From: Podarcis erhardii
Lineage: Eukaryota
DNA: 64,000 nt
Assembly (NCBI GenBank): GCA_964252035.1
Contig: OZ176200.1
Reading direction: 5' to 3' (one strand)
In this document: one piece after another, positions 52,195 through 63,477 of the stretch
Position numbering within the stretch: the first letter of the stretch is position 1
Layout of the letters: every line of letters starts with the position of its first letter
Notes under the pieces: model-generated
Seen by the model: the letters and a program-made list of their open reading frames with translations, nothing else
Told to the model about the DNA's origin: nothing
Databases searched by the model: none
Made by a program: the position numbers and the translations under genes

Positions 52195-52560
52195 TGATTA
52201 TTTATTTATTGCATTTATGAACCCCCCCTCCTTCAAAAGGAGCTCAGGGTAATGTATGATAAGAGATAAAACAAGATTTATCAACAAATGATAACTAATT
52301 AAAACACAGATTGGTTTCAGCTGTGAGTTATAAAACCAACAAAATATTATTCTGTAAAGGGAGGGCAAACAAAAATGTCTTCAACTGGTGTCTGAATATA
52401 AAAAAAGAGGAAGCCAAATGTAAGTCCAGGGAGAGGGCATTCCAAAGGCAGAGGAGACTGTTACACATTCCTGGGCAACAAAGCCTTGTAAAGATCACAA
52501 ACAGAACCTTGTCTTTGCCTCCCAGTCTCAGGTACTGAAGCAACTGGTATTGGAGGAGGC
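52195..52560 (-). mobile_element. L2 LINE 3' fragment
   Basis: Minus-strand translation LWNALSLDLHLASSFFIFRHQLKTFLF matches the L2 terminal motif LWNSLP...FKxxLKTxLF. Ends in an (aata)n-type tail. Confidence 0.75.
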
Positions 52561-53179
52561 GCTCCTGCAGATACTTGGCTCCTGTCTGCAACTGGTACTT
52601 TACTGCACTAATCTTGAATGAATTTGGCACCCCAAACCTATCTTGTGGCTGGGGCAACCCAGTCAGATGGGTGGGGTACAAATAATACAGTTCTTGTTGA
52701 GCCTATTCTCCATGTAGTTTGGACCAGTTTGATGATGACACAGAATCCCAGTATTCTACCAACGGAGTCTTTGGATGCTAAGAAGACAGTGCACATGTTT
52801 TTGGAAGCTTCTATGAGCAGGCAAGCAGATGATCATTTTTTCTATGCCTTTGAATTTGAGAACAAATCAATAAAAGGAATCAATAGAACGTGTTTCCTGC
52901 TCCAGAGAAGTTGTCCCATGCGAGTCAGAAAAAGCCTTGGTATGAAATTAACCTCATACATAAATTCTGCTTTTAAATGATTAGTTAAGCAGACAGTAAT
53001 AGTCAATGTGCTGCTTCTCAATTCTGTTCCTGATTTCTCATTAAAAAGGTAAATAAAGGTCCTGCTGGATCAAGTCAAAGGTTACACATAGCTGAACTTT
53101 CTGTTTCCAGGTAAGTCTCCCTGGGGGAGCCAATGCAGAAAAGGCCTCTGCAGCTGGGGCTTGTGGCTATTTAGAGGCT

Positions 53180-53900
53180 GCCTAACCCTTCCTCCTCCCA
53201 GCCCTGCGTCTGCTCCGACTCCGCCTGCTTTGTTTCGGGCGCTGGAGGGATCCACCCTTGCTGCTGCTGCCGCCTTCAAGGCATCGCACCCGCTTCCCCG
53301 CTCTGGCGGAGGGAGGAACCGCCCTGCCCCGCAGTGACGCCCCACCTGACTCGGGCCCGTCTCCCTCAGCTGCGGCCGCCTCACAAGGGCCGCGCGCATC
53401 ATGGCGCCTGCGCAAGCGCAGCCTGGCGGAGCGGGGATCGGCCTCTCGGCTTGCATTCCAGGCGCTGCTGGGCTTCCCCACCTCCGCCGGCCCGGGAGCG
53501 CATGAGAAGGCGGCCGCCGCCTGCTTCCTCTTTCCCGCGAGGAGACTCCGCGGACGCCGCCGCCGCCATGTCGGAGAGGCTCAGCAAGCCGACGTGCCTC
53601 ATCGTGGCCAGCGCGGCCGCAGCAGGTGAGAGGCGGGCAGAGCGAGCTGGGGCGGGCGGGCGCCCCTCTGAGCTTTTTACCTCCTCGGCTCGCCCTGAGG
53701 CGGAGACGGAGCTGCGCGGGGCTTCTGCTCGGAGGACCCGGGGGTGGCGGGAGGGAGGCGCCCGAGGGAGGCTGCGGGGAGCCAACCCACGCCCGCGGCA
53801 TTCCCATTTCTGCAGGGCGGGGCGAGGTCACCTTGGCATTTCTCTAGTGTTATCATCATGGTTGTTGTCCGTCGCGTAAGAGTTGTCGGAGCCCTGGCAA
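53180..53900 (+). promoter_or_regulatory. CpG-island promoter of GATD1
   Basis: Very high CpG density around the GATD1 start codon. NRF1-like tgcgcaagcgca (53409-53420), YY1-like catggcg (about 53400), GC boxes and a TGACG half-CRE (about 53335). Confidence 0.85.
53568..53625 (+). CDS. GATD1: Glutamine amidotransferase-like class 1 domain-containing protein 1 (PDDC1), exon 1 (MSERLSKPTCLIVASAAAA)
   Basis: Kozak gccgccATGt, donor CAG|GTGAG. Similar to recalled human MASERLPNRPACLLVASGAAEG. Confidence 0.93.
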
Positions 53901-54667
53901 AATAAACAATTCAATATAAAATAAAATTGCAACCCTAAACAGGAGAGGGGAGGCCGGGCCTGCCTTCCTGCACAAGCAAACATGACACTCCTTTTTTTTG
54001 TATTGTAACAATCCGGAACACCTGCCATACTCTCATTCTGGTACTCTTAGTCTCCGATACGAGCCTGAAATCCTTACTCATATTGTACGAATTGTGCTTG
54101 AAGCTGGCTTGTTGAGATTGCCCCTTACACACCACACCATACATTGAAAATGCTCTTATGCCACCTTAAACACTCGGGGAGGATCCTGGGAACTGCAGTT
54201 TGTTAAAAGATTCTGGGGATTGAAGTTCCTCTGTAAAGTCAGCCATCATAAGAGACTGGAGTTCTCTGTGTCTGTTAAAGTGGTTTAGGGATACTTTGAA
54301 TGTATGGTGTGGATGCAACCTACTTAATAATGCTCCCTGCCTGGAGCTCTGCTTCCCCTTTTTTGACTTTTATGATGTGGCTTTTTCTTATTGCATAGCT
54401 CTCCTGCTGCATGAAATAGTTTGTCACAATTCTTCTCTCCTGGAGTTGTAAAACTGATTAGATGTTGATGTAATTGCTTGTCTGTTTGGGGCAGCTACCA
54501 GCATCCTAAGCTGGTTGTCTTTTTCAATACTATTATGAATGTTGTGTATTATTAAAATGCTCCTTATAGGAGAAAAATGACCGCCAGAAATAGTAGATTA
54601 GTACTGTGGAAAATGTGCACTTGAAAACAAACGAAATATGCATTTCTTTTTAATTCCTGTTCTCCAG

Positions 54668-54744
54668 GGGTGTCTGCTGATTCCTTCCTTCACTCTTTTA
54701 CCCTGGCAAGCTCTGCTTTTAATCTACAGGTTGCTACTCCAGGG
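54668..54744 (+). CDS. GATD1: GATD1 exon 2 ([26 protein letters not shown])
   Basis: AG at 54666-54667, GTAGGT donor, 77 nt, phase consistent. Confidence 0.95.
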
Positions 54745-55367
54745 GTAGGTAAAAAATGTTAATACTTAACTGTGGATATTGTTGCAGTAAATTTCAGACA
54801 ATAGTGTTAGGCTCATTTAAAACAAACAGAACTTGCAAAAATCCATGAGGTTTATTCCTCGACCAGTGAAGATCATTTTTTTGTCTCTGAAACAATTGTT
54901 GAGGGAGCTGCATCGCAGAGCAAGCAGCTCATACCTCAAAATCACATGTGTCGGTGGGAGGATTGGGTGAAGGGATTGGGCTCCAAAGATACATTCCACA
55001 CAAAAACTTTCAGAATAAAGAGGTGGCCCTGGGTGCTGGGTTCAAGTGCATTAGGTTCCAAAAATGCATGGTGTTCTGCTGCCGGGTATATTGCCTTGTG
55101 ACATGAGGGAAGATTGCAGAAACAGTCCTTGGCTGCTGATTCTTTTTTCTTTGTAGCAGGAAGTAATTTTCATCCCCTGCTACAGAAATTGGAGCCTTAC
55201 TTTCAAGAGCCAAATGTGGCTCCCCAGGAGGCCATTGGGACTCTCCCCAGGTCATACTCCTTCATAGACTTGCTTTGCGCCCTCTTTGAGTGTCTTGCCT
55301 AACTGGAATATGTCCTTCAAATCTGAAAATGTTTCTTGCTTATCTGGACAGAGGCATGGGCATCCAT

Positions 55368-55368
55368 G

Positions 55369-55432
<64 letters not shown>
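55368..55432. repeat. Compound (GT)n(GA)n microsatellite
   Basis: Direct reading. Confidence 0.95.
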
Positions 55433-55435
<3 letters not shown>

Positions 55436-56129
55436 GACAAAAAGTACAGGTACTTTTAACCTCACTTTTTGTACAAAATTAGCCTACCGTACTTCCTGCT
55501 TTGAGTGTTTTACTCACGTTCTCCCTGATAAATTCCTGTGGATGCCCATGAATACAAGAGTGTGTGTAGAAACTAGCCTACTGCACAAAGCTAATATTCT
55601 TTTTAGTTGATCTGCCCACTTTTGCCTCTGGCCTTGCACTCCACTGGCATGCAGCCTCCAGAAGGTAGCTCAGGTGGAAATGTGGCTTTTGCACTGAAGT
55701 TCTCCATCCCTGTACTGTTCTCTTACCTGAGAGCCCTAGCCTGCTCTCTCCTCTCCCTACCTGAGGGGGGAGGGTGTCTTTCCACCATCAGATTCTACAT
55801 CAGACTCTGACTTTGGAAAGAGACAGGGCAGTAAATATAGGTCTTTTAAGCGGAAACTACTAGCTTTAGGCTGTGTTATTTGGGAAAGGGAGAGGCATAG
55901 GTTTGAGCTGCACTGCTGTTCATATGTGTAGCTTTGTGCATGTTTTACAAAATCAGAACCACTTGTTTGCATATGAATTGTCTATCTTATTTCAGTCAAT
56001 CACCAATAAATGGTATGTCTTAAAAAAATGGGTGCGCTTATCAAGTCTTGCCATGTATAAACGCTTGCATTTAACTAGTCTTTCCTCACATATTTTCATT
56101 AATTGAGCTTTGAACAATGATTCTGCTAG

Positions 56130-56235
56130 GGAAAGTCAATTGATTTCACTGGTGTTAATGAAGCAAACATGCGTTGGATCCAGGACTTCCGAATGAAATC
56201 TTACGCAAATCCTGCCAAGCTGGAATCAACTGATG
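56130..56235 (+). CDS. GATD1: GATD1 exon 3 ([35 protein letters not shown])
   Basis: ctAG acceptor, GTGAGG donor, 106 nt. Confidence 0.95.
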
Positions 56236-56529
56236 GTGAGGTATCTTTTAACTTGCAACTCAGGCAGGGTCTGTTCTCTGTGCACAAACTGTTCTTATCT
56301 ACACAGTATAGTGTTCCTTGCTGCCAACTCTGTCAAACTTAAGCACTCGTTGATTTTAAATGTGACTGTTGAGCACGTGCTGAGAATGATGCTATTACTA
56401 TTTCTTTTGCATTTTTAGCAATGATTTAGATAGAAAGGTTTTTTTCTGTTTGCCACAATCTCAAGACCTTGTATTTGTATTTGTGACAGAGAGCATTCAG
56501 ATATGATAGGGAACTATGGTTTCTTTCTA

Positions 56530-56891
56530 GGTACGCGGGTGGCGCTGCGGGTAAAACCTCAGTGCCTAGGACTTGCCGATCGAAAGGTCGGCGGTTCGAA
56601 TCCCCGCGGCGGGGTGCGCTCCCATTGCTCGATCCCAGCGCCTGCCAACCTAGCAGTTCGAAAGCACCCCCGGGTGCAAGTAGATAAATAGGGACCGCTT
56701 ACTAGCGGGAAGGTAAACGGCGTTTCCGTGTGCTGCGCTGGCTTGCCAGATGCAGCTTGTCACGCTGGCCACGTGACCCGGAAGCGTCTTCGGACAGCAC
56801 TGGCCCCTGGCCTCTTAAGTGAGATGGGCGCGCAACCCCAGAGTCGGACACGACTGGCCCGTATGGGTAGGGGTACCTTTACCTTTACCTT
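56530..56891 (+). mobile_element. Sauria SINE, young CpG-rich full-length copy
   Basis: A- and B-box head, (accttt)n tail, and a 15-bp TSD with one mismatch: tatggtttctttcta (56515-56529) / tatggtttccttcta (56892-56906). Confidence 0.92.
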
Positions 56892-58220
56892 TATGGTTTC
56901 CTTCTACGACAGTAAACCATGGCAGATCTTTGGCTCACACATTCCTTCCTCCACTCCTTTGCATCCAAGAGGAAACGGAAAGGTAGCACTTTCACTTTTA
57001 AACTGACAGCAGTTTCCTGTGATATCTAAGCTTGGCAAACTGTGGTTTATTTCAACTGTAACTTGTGATAACAAACCAGGATCAAGGAGTGATTTGGGAT
57101 CCTGGCTTGTTTTCAAACTATAGCTTGAACAAACATTGTTCAGCTCCCTGAGGGAACTGTGGTTAGTTTAAAATATTTTTGCACCATGGTTGCAGAGGAA
57201 ATGGTGATGGGAGGGTGCCTTAAACCCAAGGCTCACCATGGTTTCCCATTGCATCTGAATTGACATTTTCCTGCCAGTGACCTACCAGATCACTTTGGGG
57301 AGGAAAAAGACCTAAATAGGAGCATAAATCCTCGTAAGGCAGCCCCCTCCATAATGTTGCCTCTCATTTTTATTTGATGGGCAATTGGTTTGTCTGTAGT
57401 TTTCAGGCGCAAACATGGCCATGAGCAGTTTTCAGACATTCTGTCCTGTTTCAGTGTGACCTCAAAACAGAAAACATTGGGGCGAAAGGGAATCTAGCCT
57501 GCTCTTAATAGTTTCGGAGTGTGGTCAATAGAGCCCATTCCAATGTTTTCTTGAACAGGCCCCTTCCAATTACCCCATAATGAAGAATCATTCCTGCGTG
57601 CACTTAGAGATAGTGTTGCTGTGGGAACAAAGCTGCCTATGAAAGGGACACAGTGGGGAAGGAGAGCAGCAACTATTCTTCTGAAGTCAGCTGCAGGGTT
57701 GTTTCCAAAGCTGTCCTCTTGCACCTTGTTGCACCCTGGAGGCTGTGGTTGGTTTGGAGTAATGGCTCTACCCCTCATTCCAGGTATGGTAATCCCCTTG
57801 ATGGGCAGAACAGGGAAAAGGTGGAACAACTCTTCACACCTTCAAAATCACACCTGCCGTTGGAGCAGGTAAAGTAAGAGCCAGGTCACTGGGGGAAATG
57901 AATATGGGAGAGGGGTCATACATGTATTTGTAGAAAAGCACTGTTCCTGTAGTGCCAACTCCAGGAATACTGGTTTGGGGGAATGAAGGGGAAGGCAAAG
58001 GCAATTATTAGGAGAGCAAGGATTTAATTTGCACATTATAGGACTTTAGTGACTAAAAGCTGGGGGAGTGAATGGAGTTGCATGAAATATTTTGGGGTGT
58101 ACCCGCTAACACATGGAGTCATCTCTACCAGCCTGTCAACCTTGATAAACCTTTAGCTGGTTTTGAAATAAACAGAGCTTGCAAGTGCCGTAAGCTTCTT
58201 TGCTGCTGCTTCCTCCCTAG

Positions 58221-58328
58221 GTGCCAGATACCATGCTTTGTTGATTCCAGACTGTCCTGGTGCCATGGTGGATCTGGCAAACAGTGGTTACTTAGCTAGA
58301 ATATTGCAGCATTTCAGCTCTGAAAACA
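58221..58328 (+). CDS. GATD1: GATD1 exon 4 ([36 protein letters not shown])
   Basis: tcctccctAG acceptor, GTAAGT donor, 108 nt. Confidence 0.96.
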
Positions 58329-58674
58329 GTAAGTAAACCTCATTGGGGATTTATGCTTTATTCTGTACACTTTGTGCATCTTAGACTGGGAAGCATATAA
58401 ACTGCTAAGACTAATTAAGATCTCTCTTCCTGGTACGGGTGAACATCCAGGAGGCCTTAAGGAAAATTTTGATAATGTGGATACAGTAGCAAACTAGTGC
58501 AAACTCAGTTCAGTAACATAAGAACAATTGTAGCCAGTTTAGAACCTAACATTGTGGATGTGCATCGCTTAATCTACAAATACCAACACTGAACTTCTTT
58601 CCACTTCTTTTTTACACAGCCCCTCCCCCCACCAATGTTTGCTATCAGTCAAATCTCAGTCATTCTGAGTGGTT

Positions 58675-58800
58675 CAGATTTGGAGAACCTGTGGCCCTTG
58701 AAATATTGTTGTGATTATAGTTCCAACATCTCTGTTCATTGGTCATGCTGGCTGGGGCTAATAGGAGTTGGACTGCATCACAGAAATACCTGAAGTCAGT
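58675..58800. mobile_element. Degraded squamate hAT-like MITE (family of 8276-8430)
   Basis: ggagaacctgtggccc...cattggtcatgctggctggggctaataggagttgga. Confidence 0.5.
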
Positions 58801-58904
58801 TAAATGGGAAGAATATTTTGTAGCATAACTGAACTTCTTGGGGGGGAAAGCAGTTGTAATTTTTCTGAATAGGGATTTTTAGATGAAGCTGTTTTTCTTT
58901 GTAG

Positions 58905-58999
58905 AACCCATATGTGCTGTTGGACATGGAGCTGCTGCCTTATGCTGTGCCACAAATGAGGACAAATCCTGGGTATTTCGGGAATACAGCTTAACAGGT
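58905..58999 (+). CDS. GATD1: GATD1 exon 5 ([32 protein letters not shown])
   Basis: tttgtAG acceptor, GTAGGT donor at 59000, 95 nt. Confidence 0.96.
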
Positions 59000-59085
59000 G
59001 TAGGTGCAGTATGTTTAAGCAAATCACGATTTTTCATATATCACTCTTCTAAAACTCAAGTTTCTGTTCTGATGAGTCCCGTAAG

Positions 59086-59243
59086 CAGTGGCGTAGCGTG
59101 GGTTGTCAGCACCCGGGGCAAGGCAAGTAATTTGCGCCCCCTAACCCGTGGATTTGCGCCCCCTAACCCGTGGATTTGCCCTAACCCCAGATGTTGCGCC
59201 CGGTGCGGCCGGCCCCCCCTGCACCCCCCACGCTACGCCACTG
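59086..59243. mobile_element. Young 158-bp hAT-superfamily MITE
   Basis: Perfect 17-bp TIRs cagtggcgtagcgtggg / cccacgctacgccactg and a perfect 8-bp TSD cccgtaag (59078-59085, 59244-59251). An 8-bp TSD is characteristic of hAT. Confidence 0.9.
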
Positions 59244-59915
59244 CCCGTAAGAAGTAGCCTTTGTCTTCATTTTATATGTGGATTTCCCCTTGGGCTTCCC
59301 AGATTACAACCACAGATCTGATCCAAGCCTTTTATAGTAGTCTGTTTTCAGTGAAGCCAAGCACATATTTACTGGTGTTTAATTCAGGGTCACTGCAAGG
59401 TGAAATGACTGATAAAGTTGTACTTATTTACTTAAAAAAAAAATAGCCAAAAGACTCCTCAAAGCAATTTAGAAAAAGAATCTCAATAAGATCACAGTAT
59501 AATCAATACAAACATAGCCATATACATTTTGTAGTTTTAATTACTAACTGTGAGGGAAACCATGTACTTAAATTTTCTGTTGACATGCCAGCAGTGGGAT
59601 AGAAATGTGCATGTTTACTGAAATAACTTTCTTTTATGCTCAAGTATAAAAGAAGTGTTATGAATTATTGCAGGGATAGGCTCACTTTAGCCTTGTTTCT
59701 TCTCCCCTCCCTTTAAAATTAAGTCCTATGACCCACTAATGTGTTTTGTGTGGTTTGATCCTGAGTCTTGGTTAGGAACTGCTTGTCTGGATCAGACCAA
59801 GGTCAACCTAGTCCTGTATTTTTGCAAGAATCTAGTCAAGGTGTTGGGTAGCCCACTGAAAACAGTATCTTCCTCTACGTGTTTTGTGACATATTTATTT
59901 TCTTGTATCTTCCAG

Positions 59916-60009
59916 CCCTGTGTGTATGAACTAATAAGACTGCCTAGTTTTGCCAGTTTGCCTATTATCTTTGAGGACTTTGCAAAAGATTCTGGAGCTA
60001 TCTATAGCG
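59916..60009 (+). CDS. GATD1: GATD1 exon 6 (PCVYELIRLPSFASLPIIFEDFAKDSGAIYS)
   Basis: cttccAG acceptor, GTATGT donor, 94 nt. Confidence 0.95.
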
Positions 60010-60751
60010 GTATGTCATTTAAGGCTCTGTTCCCACAGGTTTTTCATCAGTAGTTGATTAAATGTGATCAAGAAATGCTTGGGCTGTACTGTATTAATGC
60101 AAAATCTAATGCAGATGTAAGACCTTAAAAGTGGAAGTTAGAAAGTGCTTGTCAAAATTTCTCATTAAAACATTCAGCAACATGGAAGCTATAACAGCCC
60201 AGCATTCCACAGTAAATCTCCCAACCTTGGAGATTTCAGTCTTTGCCACTGACCATCTCAGAAATGAAGTCAAGCTTGTTCATGAGTGGAATCTGAATGC
60301 CCTGCTGGAGAGCCCTCTAGTGGTCCTTAATGTTGTTGCTGGCAGAAGTTAAGCTCCACTGTGTTCTTTTATACCCTCAGCTTGCTCTTGCACACAATTG
60401 TGCAATATTTTAAAATATTAATAGGAAAATTTCATTCTATTTGTTTCAAACACTAAGGAGAGGGGAAGACAAGCAAAAGAGTCACTGTGGCTCACATGCA
60501 ATAATCTAAATCATAATCTGAGCCTGGCCAATGTTATAGATATCCCTATAATTGCTTGGGTTTTACAAGTCACAAAGGACAATAAAAATGGTTTGCAAGA
60601 GATTGAAAAAACAACAACAAATCAACTTATTAGGAAGATGAAATTAAATCGATAAACAGCAGTAAAGACTTGTGTATAGGTTTTCTTAAGTGTCAGAGAA
60701 ATGGAGGTTGTAGTATGTAAATTAAGACATGAATATTTTCTCCCAATACAG

Positions 60752-60863
60752 CCAGCAAAGCAGATGCAGTGCATATTGTATTGGACAGACACCTTGTCAC
60801 TGGACAGAATGAAAATTCTACAGTTGCAGCTGTCCAGAACCTTATTTTTCTTTGCAATGGCAG
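60752..60863 (+). CDS. GATD1: GATD1 exon 7 ([37 protein letters not shown])
   Basis: tacAG acceptor, GTAAGA donor, 112 nt. DRHLVTGQN is the DJ-1/PfpI-type D-x-x-L-V-T-G-Q-N motif. Confidence 0.96.
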
Positions 60864-61240
60864 GTAAGAAAAGGTGGGGGAAGTTTCAGTAAAATTTTGT
60901 GCCACTGCCGACATAGCCCTTCAGTTCTGGAGTATTCTAGCTAATGTGTGTATGTCTGGGAGGGGGAGACTAGTTTTATATTAAGAATTAAAATTTTATT
61001 TGGTTACAGCTAGCCAAACTCAATCTTTTTCTTCAAAGAAAAAATGAATCTATATTAAAGGCTAATGGGGTGGCAGTACGTAGTTTCATTTTTTAAAATA
61101 ACCTGGTCAATTGTGGATAAGTAGATGAAGCAGATATCTGATACTTAGCTGCTTGGTTTTTTTCTAGCAAATAATTACTGTAGTTTAGATGTGAGCTGTT
61201 TACAGTGATCTAACTATTATGTTCTACTTTCATTCAGCAG

Positions 61241-61247
61241 AAAATGA
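61241..61247 (+). CDS. GATD1: GATD1 last coding exon (..RK*)
   Basis: cattcagcAG|AAAATGA. The eight exons sum to 657 nt (218 aa plus stop). The recalled human protein also ends in RK. Confidence 0.8.
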
Positions 61248-61977
61248 TGGTGCTCTTTGTAAATGGGATGAATACAGAAGAAGTCTTCGACTTTGAGAAA
61301 TGGAAAGGAGAATACTGCACATTTGTAAGGATGGGGACTGTAAATCATGTGGTAAAAACCTTAATTGAACTATGTTTTCCTGTTTTTTGAAAAACATTGT
61401 TCCATCTTGTGTTAATACAGATTCTTAAAAGCCTGGTTGAAAATTAACTAGAAAAACCATGGTTTGCAGCTCTGTCAACAGCTGAACACCTGAATTAGAT
61501 ATTTTTGAAGCTATTACTTTGTTAGTTATCCATGTGTCCAAATCCTCATCCTTGTGCAGGACTATATGGTATTATGTTATCGTTAATTGCAGTAACTGTA
61601 AACTAACAATACAAAGTAAAGTATTTGTTACACTTTCACCTAGGAGTTTTGAGTTTGATAGCAGGTGCTAAAAAGACTGCTGTATTGAGATTACCTGAAA
61701 GTTAAAATAAGCTTCAGTTCAGTAAGCTACAAAAATTATTCTAGATAATGTCAACTCAACTTTTTTTTAAAAGGCAAAGACCATGAAGATTCTTATAAAG
61801 TGGAAATACAACAATTGAATGGAAAGGCATTTGGTCTTGTGGCTGTGGTATGTGTGCTGGTTGGTTCGCTTAATGCTTTTAAAGTTAATTTTATTTAGTT
61901 TTTTTGTACCACCCATGATTGTACAAGTCAATTTTTTTATGACCACAGAAGTTAGAGAAGCTGTTGAAGTTGGACTC

Positions 61978-61983
61978 AATAAA
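61978..61983 (+). terminator. Candidate polyadenylation signal of GATD1
   Basis: First AATAAA downstream of the stop, followed by ttttgtagtgt. Confidence 0.5.
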
Positions 61984-62667
61984 TATAATTTCACCCTCTT
62001 AAAATTTTGTAGTGTAAGGACTTTTGCCTGTAGCTGATCAGAATTGTAATAGGCAACATCTAGAAGGCTTCAAATTGGCAAAGGCTGGTTTGAAGTAACA
62101 CGTAATATAGCTGTTTCACAAAATGATTAGACAAATGCTCTTCTTAGCTGCTAGTAGCAGCTTGGCCATGTTTTTTGTGAAATTAATTTTAATTTACCTC
62201 TTAAGGCTGGCTTAGGTATTGTAAACCATGCATAGGACTACAGGGCAGATTTCTCGTCATACAATATTCTGGCACTATACCAAGCCACCATTTGAATTTC
62301 CAAACATGAAGTTTACACTACAGCTACGTACCTAAGTGCTGCATTCCTAAGAGATCAAATTCTCATCAATTCAGACATCAAATCATGATTACAATTACAG
62401 TTTGCAAGTCTCACTTCAAACCATAATTGGAGATCCTTAATCATTGCTTATTCAAGTTCATTTGGTACCGCTAGGTTAGTAATCATAATTGTATGTAAGG
62501 AAACAAACATCTTGCTTAGTGCTATGACTCCATCCATAGGAATAAAGTCTTCAGCTATTTTGATGAGAATTCTTCAACACACTTCCTGCATTATGGTAAG
62601 TGTAGGCAAGATCAACTTACCTATTACTTAGTACAAATACGTGAAAGCATTGTTGTACCACAATAAT

Positions 62668-62673
62668 TTTATT
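62668..62673 (-). terminator. Candidate polyadenylation signal of TALDO1
   Basis: TTTATT on + (AATAAA on -), about 220 nt after the TALDO1 stop. Confidence 0.6.
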
Positions 62674-62894
62674 ATTACCACTACCACCATCATTTTGAAG
62701 GGAAACCCTTCCAGTCAATTGGTCCTTTAGTCATCTGCAACTCCCCCCACAGCAGTATCAATTTTGATATACAAAAGTGCCAAACACACTGAGAATATGT
62801 TAAGTTTGCAAAATCATATAAAAAGCCTGGAATACAGAAAATCCATTCATATGCAGCTTGTACAGCCATACATCTTCCAAGAAGTTTGGCATGC

Positions 62895-62927
62895 CTACTT
62901 TCCATTTGCAGCATTGAACATTCGTTC
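62895..62927 (-). CDS. TALDO1: Transaldolase, last exon (ERMFNAANGK*)
   Basis: Minus strand cttctcttAG|gaacgaatgttcaatgctgcaaatggaaagTAG. Recalled human end is ERMFNAENGK. Confidence 0.95.
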   Translation of the reverse strand, partial: ERMFNAANGK

Positions 62928-63331
62928 CTAAGAGAAGAAGAAAAAAAATCAAGCATTTAACAGAAGGCAAATCATATGAAACGTCCAGAAAATAGTTTCA
63001 CATGTGTCAGTTTTCAACTTGTATAATTGAAAAACAGTATGGATTCGGCTTTAATAGATCTCGTCAATTTAATACTGATTTTATCAACATTTTACACTGC
63101 TTTATATAATAAAGCACTGTTTAAATTCAGTATTCTATATGGATATTGACAGTTCTAAACAATAATGCTAATCTCTAATATCCAGTTAGTCTTATGGAAT
63201 TATCATGTTTTAATCTTCTCCATTGGTGAACAGAAATGAAACTGAAACAGAAGCTGCAAATAAGCCACATTCTTATATGACCTAATGTATAGCAGACTGT
63301 AGGAAGATAAAACCCTTTTAAATAATGTTAC

Positions 63332-63477
63332 CTTTATCATCTGCTCCAATTTAACTGCATCAGCAGCAAACTTTCTGATTCCATCAGACAACTTCTCCAC
63401 AGCCATTTGGTCCTCATTATGGAGCCAACGGAATGTCTTCTCATCCAGATGGATCTTCTTCAGGTCAGATGCTTGAG
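63332..63477 (-). CDS. TALDO1: Transaldolase, penultimate exon ([49 protein letters not shown])
   Basis: Minus-strand ttcatttcAG acceptor and AAG|GTAAC donor, 146 nt. Near-identical to recalled human TALDO1. Upstream exons lie beyond the window. Confidence 0.97.

Noticed and set aside
53082-53879. 249-aa and 181-aa ORFs and others across the GATD1 promoter
   Set aside because: Arg/Pro/Gly/Ala-rich CpG-island shadow ORFs. Only 53568-53625 matches GATD1 and has a proper donor.
57494-57877. Three overlapping ORFs in a GATD1 intron
   Set aside because: No recognisable domain, and GATD1 is already complete and in phase without them.
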